Virus record (IMG/VR): IMGVR_UViG_3300046170_000323
Origin: a virus
Taxonomy: Duplodnaviria; Caudoviricetes
Length of the DNA: 64,000 bases
Direction: 5' to 3' (one strand)
Made by a program: the position numbers and the translations under genes
The notes under the pieces: generated by a model
Databases searched by the model: none
Told to the model about the DNA's origin: nothing
What the model saw: only the letters and a program-made list of their open reading frames with translations
Shown here: piece after piece, positions 30,733 through 38,621 of the stretch
Numbering within the stretch: position 1 is the first letter of the stretch
How the letters are laid out: every line of letters starts with the position of its first letter

Positions 30733-31173
30733 CTAGTCCGTTTCGAACTCTATGCCTCCGCCATTGTTTAATTTGCGTAGTGCATCTAATTCTGCTTGTA
30801 ACTTTAAAACTTCTAATCTTTTTTTCCTCAACTCTAATTCATATAATGAATTGCAGTTGATTCTCTGTTTTGGTTTGTCGAGAGGTATTGTTATCCTTGC
30901 ATACACACCCACGTCTCTCGAACTCTCAAATCCATCCGCACCGTTGTTGCCAAATGGACTCTCATAGTTATCTATAATACCAGTCACGCCAAATTCTAAA
31001 TTAGTAGAACCACCTATTGAGTTCTTACAATCCAAACCATCAGGAGTTCTGATACTGTCTTGTCCATAGGAACCACCTGAGTTGGGAATCGCAAGGTTGA
31101 TACCACTTGTTTCTGATTGTGCAGTTGATGAAATAAACATAATCATTAATGCACTCATAATAAACCGTTTCAT
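30733..31173 (-). CDS. Secreted protein with Cys-bracketed beta-hairpin and C-terminal coiled coil
   Basis: Signal peptide (STAQS/E); LEFGVTG...VGVYARITIPL; two Cys. Confidence 0.75.
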   Translation of the reverse strand: MKRFIMSALMIMFISSTAQSETSGINLAIPNSGGSYGQDSIRTPDGLDCKNSIGGSTNLEFGVTGIIDNYESPFGNNGADGFESSRDVGVYARITIPLDKPKQRINCNSLYELELRKKRLEVLKLQAELDALRKLNNGGGIEFETD

Positions 31174-31566
31174 TTAATATAGCCTTCTCTCTTTGACCTT
31201 GGAACAAATCCTAGACTTAATTGCAGTTCGTTTCAGATTTTCTTTCCTCAGTTTAGACTTCGAACAAATGTACACAACTCTTTTTACATCTCCTCGTTGT
31301 ATATAAATTTCTATTGTCGCACTTGTTAAATATGGTATCTTATATACCTTATATTTAGATACAAATGGGATTGGTTGCCAATCTCCATCAAAAACACCCA
31401 CCTCATAATATTCCACATCACTACGTTTATTAAACATCGTCATGGTGGTAGCATAAAGCCCGTCCATGAAAGATGGTCTAAACTTAGGATATGTTGGCAC
31501 CATTTCGTGTGCGTTGACACTGGTTGTAAAAACCAGTGCCAATAAAATGTATAATGCTTTCTTCAT
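31174..31566 (-). CDS. Secreted protein resembling a fimbrial-chaperone N-terminal Ig domain
   Basis: Signal peptide MKKALYILLALVFTTSVNA; MTMFNK..DVEYYEVGVFD.DWQPIPF pattern; similarity judged by eye. Confidence 0.5.
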   Translation of the reverse strand: MKKALYILLALVFTTSVNAHEMVPTYPKFRPSFMDGLYATTMTMFNKRSDVEYYEVGVFDGDWQPIPFVSKYKVYKIPYLTSATIEIYIQRGDVKRVVYICSKSKLRKENLKRTAIKSRICSKVKERRLY

Positions 31567-31664
31567 AATCTCTTTCTTAAGTATCATCACGGACATCCAC
31601 CTAATCTTCTACATGTTGGACTAGGGTTCACTACTGGTGAAGGGGTTCCGCTAGATCCTCCCTT

Positions 31665-32180
31665 TCATTGAGCAATGCACTCAGCAGTTACAAGCGCAGT
31701 ATAGTTACCGCCTGGAAATGCTTTAGATCCACCCATAGTCGCAACAGATGAAGTCTCAAACCATGTAGATCCAGTTGCAGTCAGATCATAACGATCTGTC
31801 ATTCCAAGTTCTACCTTGTTTGTTTCGTACGATCCCATACCTGTGGCATCAGACATTGCATCTACTTCAGTATCACCAGTCCAAGTTACTACGTCTGGCA
31901 GATTTGGAGATGAACTGAATTCAGTTGGTGGCGTAATTTCTACGTAATATGCATCAGCGAGTGATACGTCCACACGAATACGTGCATCTTCACCACCATC
32001 ATTTGACGCAGTTGTCAATGTGTAGGCATTAGGGTTAGCGTAAGTACCCGCCGTATCTGTCTGGATTATACAACGAGACTGTACTGTTCCGTTGATTGGT
32101 GTGTCTTCAGCCGCCGCATAAGAAACACCAGAAGCTGCTATTGCAGTTAAAAATAAAGGTAGTCTTAGTTGTTTAAACAT
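31665..32180 (-). CDS. Secreted pilin-like (chaperone-usher/Csu-like) protein
   Basis: Signal peptide; INGTVQSRCII at N-terminus; PGGNYTALVTAEC at C-terminus; Thr/Ser/Gly-rich beta character. Confidence 0.5.
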   Translation of the reverse strand: MFKQLRLPLFLTAIAASGVSYAAAEDTPINGTVQSRCIIQTDTAGTYANPNAYTLTTASNDGGEDARIRVDVSLADAYYVEITPPTEFSSSPNLPDVVTWTGDTEVDAMSDATGMGSYETNKVELGMTDRYDLTATGSTWFETSSVATMGGSKAFPGGNYTALVTAECIAQ

Positions 32181-32216
32181 GGAATTCTCCTGTTCCTTTT
32201 TCTGATGGCATAACCA

Positions 32217-33126
32217 TCATCTATTATTATACTGCATGTCAATCATCTGTTCATGCAGCAGTTGTTGTGCTAGTCCATTCCTCAATCCACGTTTATTCTC
32301 TGGTAGTTGTTTATCTAGTAGAACAACCGTATCATTATAATTCCCGCCTGGGATGGATTGGCCATAATATTGATTCATACTGACAGCTAAATTCATCGCA
32401 TCAATTATCTGTGACTTCGCAACCGCCAGAGCAAACATTTCTGATGATCCTGCAGCAGCGAGTGCTTTTTCTAATCTATCGTTTCTTTCCTCGTCTTCTT
32501 TTTCTTTCAACTCGGCTTTTTCTTCTTCAGTTAGTGACTCATCATCTTCATATCTTTTATCATCACCCTCGTAATCTCGTCTATCTGCATCACCACTATT
32601 CAGCGCATCATAAATCTCGTAATCTACTTCTGGCGGTTCCACATAAGGAACTTCATAGTTAGGACAGTTTGGATCAAACTGTGGGTTGTAACATGGTTCA
32701 ACTCTATATGTGTATATCACTCTTGCGTCAACAACTGTGCCTTCGCCCTCAACAGTGATAGAACCGTCACCTATTAAATCTCTGTGTATTCGTCCCAAAG
32801 GAACGACTTTGTTAATTGTTTGTCCAGTAACACTTCCTGGCTTCCATTCGTCTACTTCCCGAAAGATGAACCCTGTTCCGTCTGCAGTTTTATTTGCGAC
32901 AGTAACAGTCACCCATTCTCCAGTCTCTTTTTGCATCTGATAACTGTATATTACGTTATCAACAAAAACACCCTCTGGATCAGGTAACACATTGTTCATC
33001 ACCCAATTCAGATGATTGTCAACAATGGCATTTCCTGTATACCCATAATAAGGTGCAATACTCTCAGAGTAAGAGTAAGAGGGCCAACAGAGAACCACCA
33101 ATGATAGGAGCAGCTTTTCTCAGCAT
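32217..33126 (-). CDS. Secreted protein with beta-rich N-domain and acidic linker (~302 aa); +1 at tttt 33115-33118
   Basis: Repaired start MLRKLLLSLVVLCWPSYSYS (signal peptide); C-terminal LAQQLLHEQMIDMQY. Confidence 0.7.
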
Positions 33127-33631
33127 CTATCGGGCCCATTTCCTTAAGTTCTTTTCTAGTTTCTTCAACGTGAGTTTCCCATCCTAGTTTCGCCGCCTCG
33201 CCTATCAATCCTTGATATGGGCAGGGCGTCCCTGCATTCATCATCGCATCAAACACTAAAGGATCTTGACACATGGTGCTTACCGCCGCCACTTTCATGC
33301 CCATATCATAAAGCGTCTTTGCATTTTTTAGTCGCTTACAGTTTTCTTCAGTGAACGTTCCCCCTGCAGAGATACCTAAGATCTGAGTCTGCACTGCACC
33401 AGCGACACCAATAGTACAGAGGTCACTATTGTTACCTGCACTAAATTGTGGTGAGATTGCTGATGGGGGTGGTTGTTCGATTCTCGTCGTCATGTTACCT
33501 TGTGTAGTAACAGTACTGTCCGTATCGGATCTTGTACATACGTATCCCTCTGGACACGTCACATCTTCCGCTTGAACAGGAACTGATAAACCAAGGTATA
33601 AAACCAACACACCTAGCAAAAGTCTGAACAT
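33064..33631 (-). CDS. Secreted Cys-rich protein with C-terminal membrane anchor (~188 aa)
   Basis: Signal peptide from ATG 33631 (GGAG RBS); PPSAISP, LCTIGVAGAVQTQILGISAG, MCQD, GTPCP; repaired end AAPIIGGSLLALLLLL*. Confidence 0.75.
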
Positions 33632-33689
33632 AATTTTCTCCATTCTATCTGACCATGTATAATTTTGCAAATCAACGCACTTGTCGAAC

Positions 33690-33697
33690 TATTTATA
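33690..33697 (-). promoter_or_regulatory. T4-type late promoter for the secreted-protein operon
   Basis: TATAAATA ~60 nt upstream of ATG 33631. Confidence 0.7.
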
Positions 33698-33818
33698 CCA
33701 TTGAATACCCCACCTATCAATAATGTCAATAGTTTGACAGGCATAGTGACAAATATAGACCATTCAATTTTTTGACAAGAGAGTGTCAAATTATTTTCAA
33801 AAAAAGTTAAAAAAGGGC

Positions 33819-33846
33819 TTGACATTCTTGAAAAAATGATTATATT
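33819..33846 (+). promoter_or_regulatory. Early promoter
   Basis: GGGCTTGACA, 16 bp, TATATT, leader AAGAGTGTAAGTTAAAAAAG. Confidence 0.75.
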
Positions 33847-33880
33847 AAGAGTGTAAGTTAAAAAAGAAAGAGAGTCTCAT

Positions 33881-34111
33881 ATGAAAATGTTTATCAGTGC
33901 AGAACACGGTTTTGTCAAAGTCTACAAAGGCGTTAACAATGTTGTTGGTGGTGCAAAGACTGCAAAGGGTCTTGCATGGATCCTTTCGACTCACAAGGTT
34001 AATGACTACGATGTCTACTTCCAGAGTAGCATGGACTTTGCAGACGAAGAAGGTTTTGATCATCACGATGATGCGAAAAAGATCTGGGATGACGCTATGG
34101 AATTAATTTAA
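33881..34111 (+). CDS. Early hypothetical protein
   Basis: SSMDFADEEGF motif; directly downstream of promoter. Confidence 0.65.
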   Translation: MKMFISAEHGFVKVYKGVNNVVGGAKTAKGLAWILSTHKVNDYDVYFQSSMDFADEEGFDHHDDAKKIWDDAMELI

Positions 34112-34159
34112 AATAATTTCAAAAAAGGGGCTTGACATTCCCAGAAAAACGTGTATATT
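34107..34159 (+). promoter_or_regulatory. Early promoter with upstream palindrome
   Basis: TTTAAA-N5-TTCAAA; GGGGCTTGACA, 16 bp, TATATT. Confidence 0.75.
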
Positions 34160-34190
34160 AGTACTGTAATCAAGAGAAAGCGAATCACCA

Positions 34191-34274
34191 ATGAAAAACC
34201 TAGTTATCAATCTTGCTTCTGATCTAATGACCATTGCGTGTCTCGCTGGTCTCGTAATCTACTTCATGTCTTAA
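34191..34274 (+). CDS. Micro membrane peptide (27 aa)
   Basis: First ORF after promoter; hydrophobic C-terminus. Confidence 0.45.
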   Translation: MKNLVINLASDLMTIACLAGLVIYFMS

Positions 34275-34284
34275 GGAATATATC

Positions 34285-34458
34285 ATGGACGCTATGCAAC
34301 AAGAACTTCAAAATTATATCTCTGCCTGTGACAACAACATCGCCTCTTATAGAAGTATGGAAGATGTTGATCACGCTGCGATTGCGGCTGCAGAGTCAAT
34401 GAAAAACGAATTCGAAATAATGTTACAACAACTTGAATCAGCTATGGAGTATGAATAA
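34285..34458 (+). CDS. Hypothetical protein (57 aa)
   Basis: AAGGA RBS; TAATG coupling to the next gene. Confidence 0.55.
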   Translation: MDAMQQELQNYISACDNNIASYRSMEDVDHAAIAAAESMKNEFEIMLQQLESAMEYE

Positions 34459-34766
34459 TGACTAATACAGTAGAAAACATCGTCGACGGTATTATCGACT
34501 TCTGTGCCTATGTAGAAGACTTCTACGGTGTAGGTGGGGTTTATGACATGGGTGCGACACCTGCGCACATCATTGAAGCCACTCAAAAATACATCGATCA
34601 AGTCGGTACAAATCCAGAGGACAGTTTCTCTTTTGCTGGTGACTCACTTGACCGTGAAAAGGTACGTGACATCATGATCGAAGATTTCGGTCTGGTTTTC
34701 CCAGAAAGCAATAGTGCATTTCCCAAAATAATCATTGGGGTTGATGACTATGAACCTGCGAATTAA
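34458..34766 (+). CDS. Early hypothetical protein
   Basis: FYG..GVYDMGAT...DSLDREKVRD. Confidence 0.65.
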   Translation: MTNTVENIVDGIIDFCAYVEDFYGVGGVYDMGATPAHIIEATQKYIDQVGTNPEDSFSFAGDSLDREKVRDIMIEDFGLVFPESNSAFPKIIIGVDDYEPAN

Positions 34767-34819
34767 TTTGAAATTAATTCAAATAAAGGCTTGACATTGC
34801 CTCTAAAATGTCGTAGAAT
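34761..34819 (+). promoter_or_regulatory. Early promoter with upstream palindrome
   Basis: TTTGAA-N5-TTCAAA; GGCTTGACA, 17 bp, TAGAAT; leader TGTAAGTTGAGAAAAG. Confidence 0.8.
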
Positions 34820-34849
34820 ATGTTTGTAAGTTGAGAAAAGGAACACATC

Positions 34850-35155
34850 ATGACACAAGTTGCAGTTATCCACGCCGCCTTCGAAGAAACACCACGTACT
34901 GTTGCGTTGGTAGAAGTCGGTGATCGTAAAGGTACTTCCGCTTTGGAATATGCGTATCGTTGGACACAGAACATCATGGACTCTTGGTCTTTGAAGATGG
35001 AAGCCGATGGTAACGATGCCGTTACTGTTGTCGGTGAACTTCCAGAACACGAAGGTAGAAAGTTTGGTTTGCGTTCGACATCTATGGGTGACCATATGTT
35101 GTTGGGAAACACCAAATACAAAGTTGCAATGGTTGGATTTGAGGAACTTGCATAA
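34850..35155 (+). CDS. Early hypothetical protein
   Basis: LEYAYRWTQN...RSTSMGD. Confidence 0.7.
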   Translation: MTQVAVIHAAFEETPRTVALVEVGDRKGTSALEYAYRWTQNIMDSWSLKMEADGNDAVTVVGELPEHEGRKFGLRSTSMGDHMLLGNTKYKVAMVGFEELA

Positions 35156-35694
35156 TGTCAGAACTTATCAATTATATTGAGGCGCAGAACGCCAAAACTC
35201 AGGTTTGGATGGACGAAGATCCAGACAACCGTTGGGGTGGTATGATTACCACTGATGAAGCCTTCTGGAATGAAGGTGGTATTTTCACAGTCGACGATTA
35301 CGTACGTGATCAGTTGGTCTGTACTATTCGTGAATGCAGTAAAGCTGCATACGGTTCCAAGATCAATCTTGATTGGGACACTTACACCACTTCACAACTT
35401 GAAGAGATGGCAGATGAATATGGTGATGCCGCCTCTCGTCAGTTCGATGAAGACAAAAGAATTGAAGAGGAGAATGTTGCAAAGTTCGAAGGTACTGTTA
35501 CCGAACTTATGACATCTAACTCTGTTGATCGTGAGACAGCGATCCGTTGGTTACTTGAGGCTCAGTGTTTCACTGAGTATGACCTCATGTATGGAGGCAG
35601 TTATGCCTGTTACGATATGAACCTTCCTTACTCGTATGAGAAGGAGTTCAATTCTATTATGTCAACTATGGAACCTGCGAAGGAGGCAGCTTAA
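35155..35694 (+). CDS. Acidic early hypothetical protein
   Basis: 179-aa ORF. Confidence 0.7.
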   Translation: MSELINYIEAQNAKTQVWMDEDPDNRWGGMITTDEAFWNEGGIFTVDDYVRDQLVCTIRECSKAAYGSKINLDWDTYTTSQLEEMADEYGDAASRQFDEDKRIEEENVAKFEGTVTELMTSNSVDRETAIRWLLEAQCFTEYDLMYGGSYACYDMNLPYSYEKEFNSIMSTMEPAKEAA

Positions 35695-35695
35695 T

Positions 35696-35911
35696 ATGAG
35701 TAATCAACGTAGTGGTAAGTGGAAACCAGCATCGATGAATGATGGGGGTCAGATCAATGAAATGACTCTTGTCACATTCTTCAAATCCGCAAAAGAAGTT
35801 CTTGAACGTGAAGGTCATGAAGACACTGCATTCTATTTTGAACAGTGTGAAGAATGGTTACGTTCGGGTAAAAAAATCACTAGTGACGCTGGAAGGATTC
35901 TTGGTCTATGA
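35696..35911 (+). CDS. Hypothetical protein
   Basis: 71 aa from ATG 35696. Confidence 0.6.
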   Translation: MSNQRSGKWKPASMNDGGQINEMTLVTFFKSAKEVLEREGHEDTAFYFEQCEEWLRSGKKITSDAGRILGL

Positions 35912-36081
35912 GTGACTTTTCGGAGTTGGTAGAAAATCTTCGTAAAATGCAAGAACGAGAAGAGATTGAGGGTCTACCCGATTCTGTTCTCGAACTTACA
36001 GGCCAGGCGAAGGAAAAGTTGGACGCACTTGTCAGTGCATACATGAACGATGAGGATGTCGAAAATGGTCAAACCAGCTGA
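35908..36081 (+). CDS. Hypothetical protein (57 aa)
   Basis: ATGA overlap with the upstream gene. Confidence 0.55.
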   Translation: MSDFSELVENLRKMQEREEIEGLPDSVLELTGQAKEKLDALVSAYMNDEDVENGQTS

Positions 36082-36322
36082 GGTGGGTACTATAAAGGTA
36101 GAGGATCTCTTCGAAGAAATCGAAGGTGATCCAGACAATGTCATTATGAAACTTCCACCTGTAATAATGGAATCTTTAGGGCTTGACATTGGTGATACTC
36201 TTGTGGTAGAATATGGCACAAATGGTTTGGTACTTCGAAAGAAAGAAGAACATCCCACTAAAGAATATGAAACTGCTCGGGGAAATCTAATAGATAAGAA
36301 CGTCCCACCAGAATTTGATTGA
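36065..36322 (+). CDS. AbrB/MazE-like swapped-hairpin protein
   Basis: MKLPPVIMESLGLDIGDTLVVEYGTNGLVLRK. Confidence 0.65.
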   Translation: MVKPAEVGTIKVEDLFEEIEGDPDNVIMKLPPVIMESLGLDIGDTLVVEYGTNGLVLRKKEEHPTKEYETARGNLIDKNVPPEFD

Positions 36323-36333
36323 GGAGATATATA

Positions 36334-36510
36334 ATGAGTAAAGTTGGACAATGGGTAATGGAGATGCAAGAAGACGCTGCATGGATGCCTAAACCTGTCT
36401 TCGTTCGTAAACATGGTGTTACCCAACAAGATGTTTGGGAACAGATTCAAAAAGAAATGAATGGTGAGTTCCCATACGAACCAGATCCAGAACAGTTCGC
36501 CTATTCTTAA
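36334..36510 (+). CDS. Hypothetical protein
   Basis: MSKVGQWVMEMQE; GAGGAG RBS. Confidence 0.6.
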   Translation: MSKVGQWVMEMQEDAAWMPKPVFVRKHGVTQQDVWEQIQKEMNGEFPYEPDPEQFAYS

Positions 36511-37020
36511 ATGTTGGTATCGAATACAGATAGAACCAAATGGGGTTCCTATGGTGATAGGAAAGACTCCTTTGATGATGAAAAGGAAATTGATGCATTC
36601 ATTAGAGGCGTAAAGAAGAACGCCAGTTTGTTGGATCACATTGGTGATGCGGTTGGACGTGAACCAATGCATTTCAGGCCTCACTTCTATGGGCAGTATG
36701 GTGTTGATTTATCTTTAGTCGACGAGAACAACAATCCAGTGGTAGACTTTGAATTTGAAAGATGGTCTGCATGGGATAAAGAGTGGCCTGCGTACTATCG
36801 TCACATTCACTTCCTCGGCCGAAAGAATAAATACTTGCTCGAGGATCGTCCGTTCTTCATGGTTTTCTTGAATTACTCTCGTACGAAATGTCTAGTTGTA
36901 GAAAAAGAAGTTATACTACAGTACCCGACGATCACTAAAAAATTCAAAAAGAAAAACGTGTCAGACAAGGTAAGAGAATTGCCTTTGCATCTGTCTGAAG
37001 GAAGGACTTTTGTGTTATGA
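36511..37020 (+). CDS. Possible PD-(D/E)XK nuclease-fold protein
   Basis: YGVDL...DFEFERW pattern. Confidence 0.5.
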   Translation: MLVSNTDRTKWGSYGDRKDSFDDEKEIDAFIRGVKKNASLLDHIGDAVGREPMHFRPHFYGQYGVDLSLVDENNNPVVDFEFERWSAWDKEWPAYYRHIHFLGRKNKYLLEDRPFFMVFLNYSRTKCLVVEKEVILQYPTITKKFKKKNVSDKVRELPLHLSEGRTFVL

Positions 37021-37144
37021 AGGATTTGATTTATATCGTCGCTGGGGTGATAACAATAGGTTTGGTAGTTGCACTACTAATGCATATGTGGAGAGACTGT
37101 CTTAATGATCATTCAATATTTACTTGTATGAGGATGCTTCGTTA

Positions 37145-37756
37145 ATGTTCACCAATTACCATGTAGTTGGGTTACAACGATCTGGTACGAATTGGATACA
37201 CAGATTGATGGAACACAACTTTCCAGATATTCCATGTTACTCAAATCAGGCTCATTGGAAACATCTCACACCATTGGGTATCAATCCAGATTGGGTTGAA
37301 AACAGGCATGGTAAAGAACAGAAAGCGTTTGGATATTTTCCAGGCGCATTTGATCTTCAGAACCTAGAACTTGAAAATCAATCAATTCTGTTTATTGGAA
37401 CACACAAAACGTTGGATGTTTGGAAGGCGTCAATCCGTAGACGGAAAGTTGATTTTATTCAAACTCACAACCACCCAGACAAAGGAGCTGCAAAACATTT
37501 AATGGAAGCATCTTTAAACTGCGTCTGGAATTCTTGGGAAAGTTGGAGACAGGACTCAATGAGTAAACCTAATTTCTATTACAGGGATTACCAAGACTGG
37601 TTCGAAAACTGGAATATATATCTGAGAGATATTCAGAACATCACTGGATGGAAACCATCAACTGCAAAATGGGAAAACGTTGATAAACATACTGTTCCAT
37701 TTTCAAAACAATTTAACCCTAATTTTTATGTAAAAGGAGACAAAAATGTCGTTTGA
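37145..37756 (+). CDS. Sulfotransferase-like P-loop protein
   Basis: VVGLQRSGTNW PAPS-binding-like motif; HWKH. Confidence 0.65.
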   Translation: MFTNYHVVGLQRSGTNWIHRLMEHNFPDIPCYSNQAHWKHLTPLGINPDWVENRHGKEQKAFGYFPGAFDLQNLELENQSILFIGTHKTLDVWKASIRRRKVDFIQTHNHPDKGAAKHLMEASLNCVWNSWESWRQDSMSKPNFYYRDYQDWFENWNIYLRDIQNITGWKPSTAKWENVDKHTVPFSKQFNPNFYVKGDKNVV

Positions 37757-38006
37757 ATGGCCTCGAATTTATAAATGGGAAGAACGCATCGAATCAGAAG
37801 TTACTGATACGGTTTATGAATATGTGTTCGAACATTATGGTGTTTCAGAGATCACCGAAATTTCCGAAGAACAGATCCGTGAAATTGAAAACTTCCGTGA
37901 TCATGATCTGGGAGAATACTCACCATTCCAAATTGGATTCAGTAATCTAATCAACTCTCACGAATCTGAAATGTGGGAAATGGAAGAGCGTGAAGACGAT
38001 GAGTGA
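37746..38006 (+). CDS. Acidic hypothetical protein
   Basis: 86 aa, AAGGAG RBS. Confidence 0.6.
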   Translation: MSFEWPRIYKWEERIESEVTDTVYEYVFEHYGVSEITEISEEQIREIENFRDHDLGEYSPFQIGFSNLINSHESEMWEMEEREDDE

Positions 38007-38247
38007 TGAACAAGACTTCGATAGTGCTGAGGCAGAAGTCATGTCTTTCATCGAACGTCTCGAACGTTTAGATGAACAGTTACTTGATCTTCGTGGGGAT
38101 GTAAAATCTGTATGCGAAGAAGCAAAGGCACGAGGATACGAACCTAAGATCCTCAAAAAAATTGTATCACTAAGGAAACGTGATGCAGATGACATCGCCA
38201 ATGAAGAGGCGTTGTTGGAAACATATATGAAAGCAATAGGAATGTAA
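37999..38247 (+). CDS. gapR: GapR/DUF2312 nucleoid-associated protein
   Basis: FIERLERL.E....L..DVK.V..EAKARGYEPKILKKIVSLRKRD...EEALLETY..A.GM. Confidence 0.85.
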   Translation: MSDEQDFDSAEAEVMSFIERLERLDEQLLDLRGDVKSVCEEAKARGYEPKILKKIVSLRKRDADDIANEEALLETYMKAIGM

Positions 38248-38249
38248 TC

Positions 38250-38621
38250 ATGTCAAAAAAACAGAACACACAGAGACCCATTGGATGGGCAACCACACTA
38301 ACTGAAATTGCAAGTATTCCACGTGATATGTGGGACAGCGTCATGACAATAGAAAAGTCACCACTACGTAATCTAGACCCTATGGTAGGACACATGATCT
38401 TTCAGTGTCTATTCTTTATCTGGAGTGGTATCTTTGCCCTGATGGTAGGAAGTTATCTTGCGTTTGGTATCAGTGCGGCCTTTCACTTACTGCTTATCAG
38501 TGGTATTACAATTACAGTTGTAACATTTCGTCAAGCAGAAAACAATCCAGAATCACTCAACAACATTTTGAAATCAGGCCGTAAATATGACGGACGAGCA
38601 AATGGTGGTGAACACGAATAA
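38250..38621 (+). CDS. Conserved membrane protein
   Basis: PLRNLD...HMIFQCL..IW; 2-3 TM segments. Confidence 0.7.
   Translation: MSKKQNTQRPIGWATTLTEIASIPRDMWDSVMTIEKSPLRNLDPMVGHMIFQCLFFIWSGIFALMVGSYLAFGISAAFHLLLISGITITVVTFRQAENNPESLNNILKSGRKYDGRANGGEHE

Noticed and set aside
33008-33670. 220-aa ORF as called by the track
   Set aside because: The start lies upstream of the RBS-supported ATG 33631, and the C-terminus is read-through caused by the +1 slip at 33115-33118
28910-33697. Curli (CsgA/E/F/G) operon, or a transposon carrying the operon
   Set aside because: No CsgG or CsgF motifs, no curlin repeats, no transposase and no matching terminal repeats at both ends
35974-36684. 236-aa antisense ORF (also shadows such as 40720-41202, 41944-42390, 45421-45822)
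   Set aside because: They lie opposite well-supported genes and show no RBS or recognisable motifs
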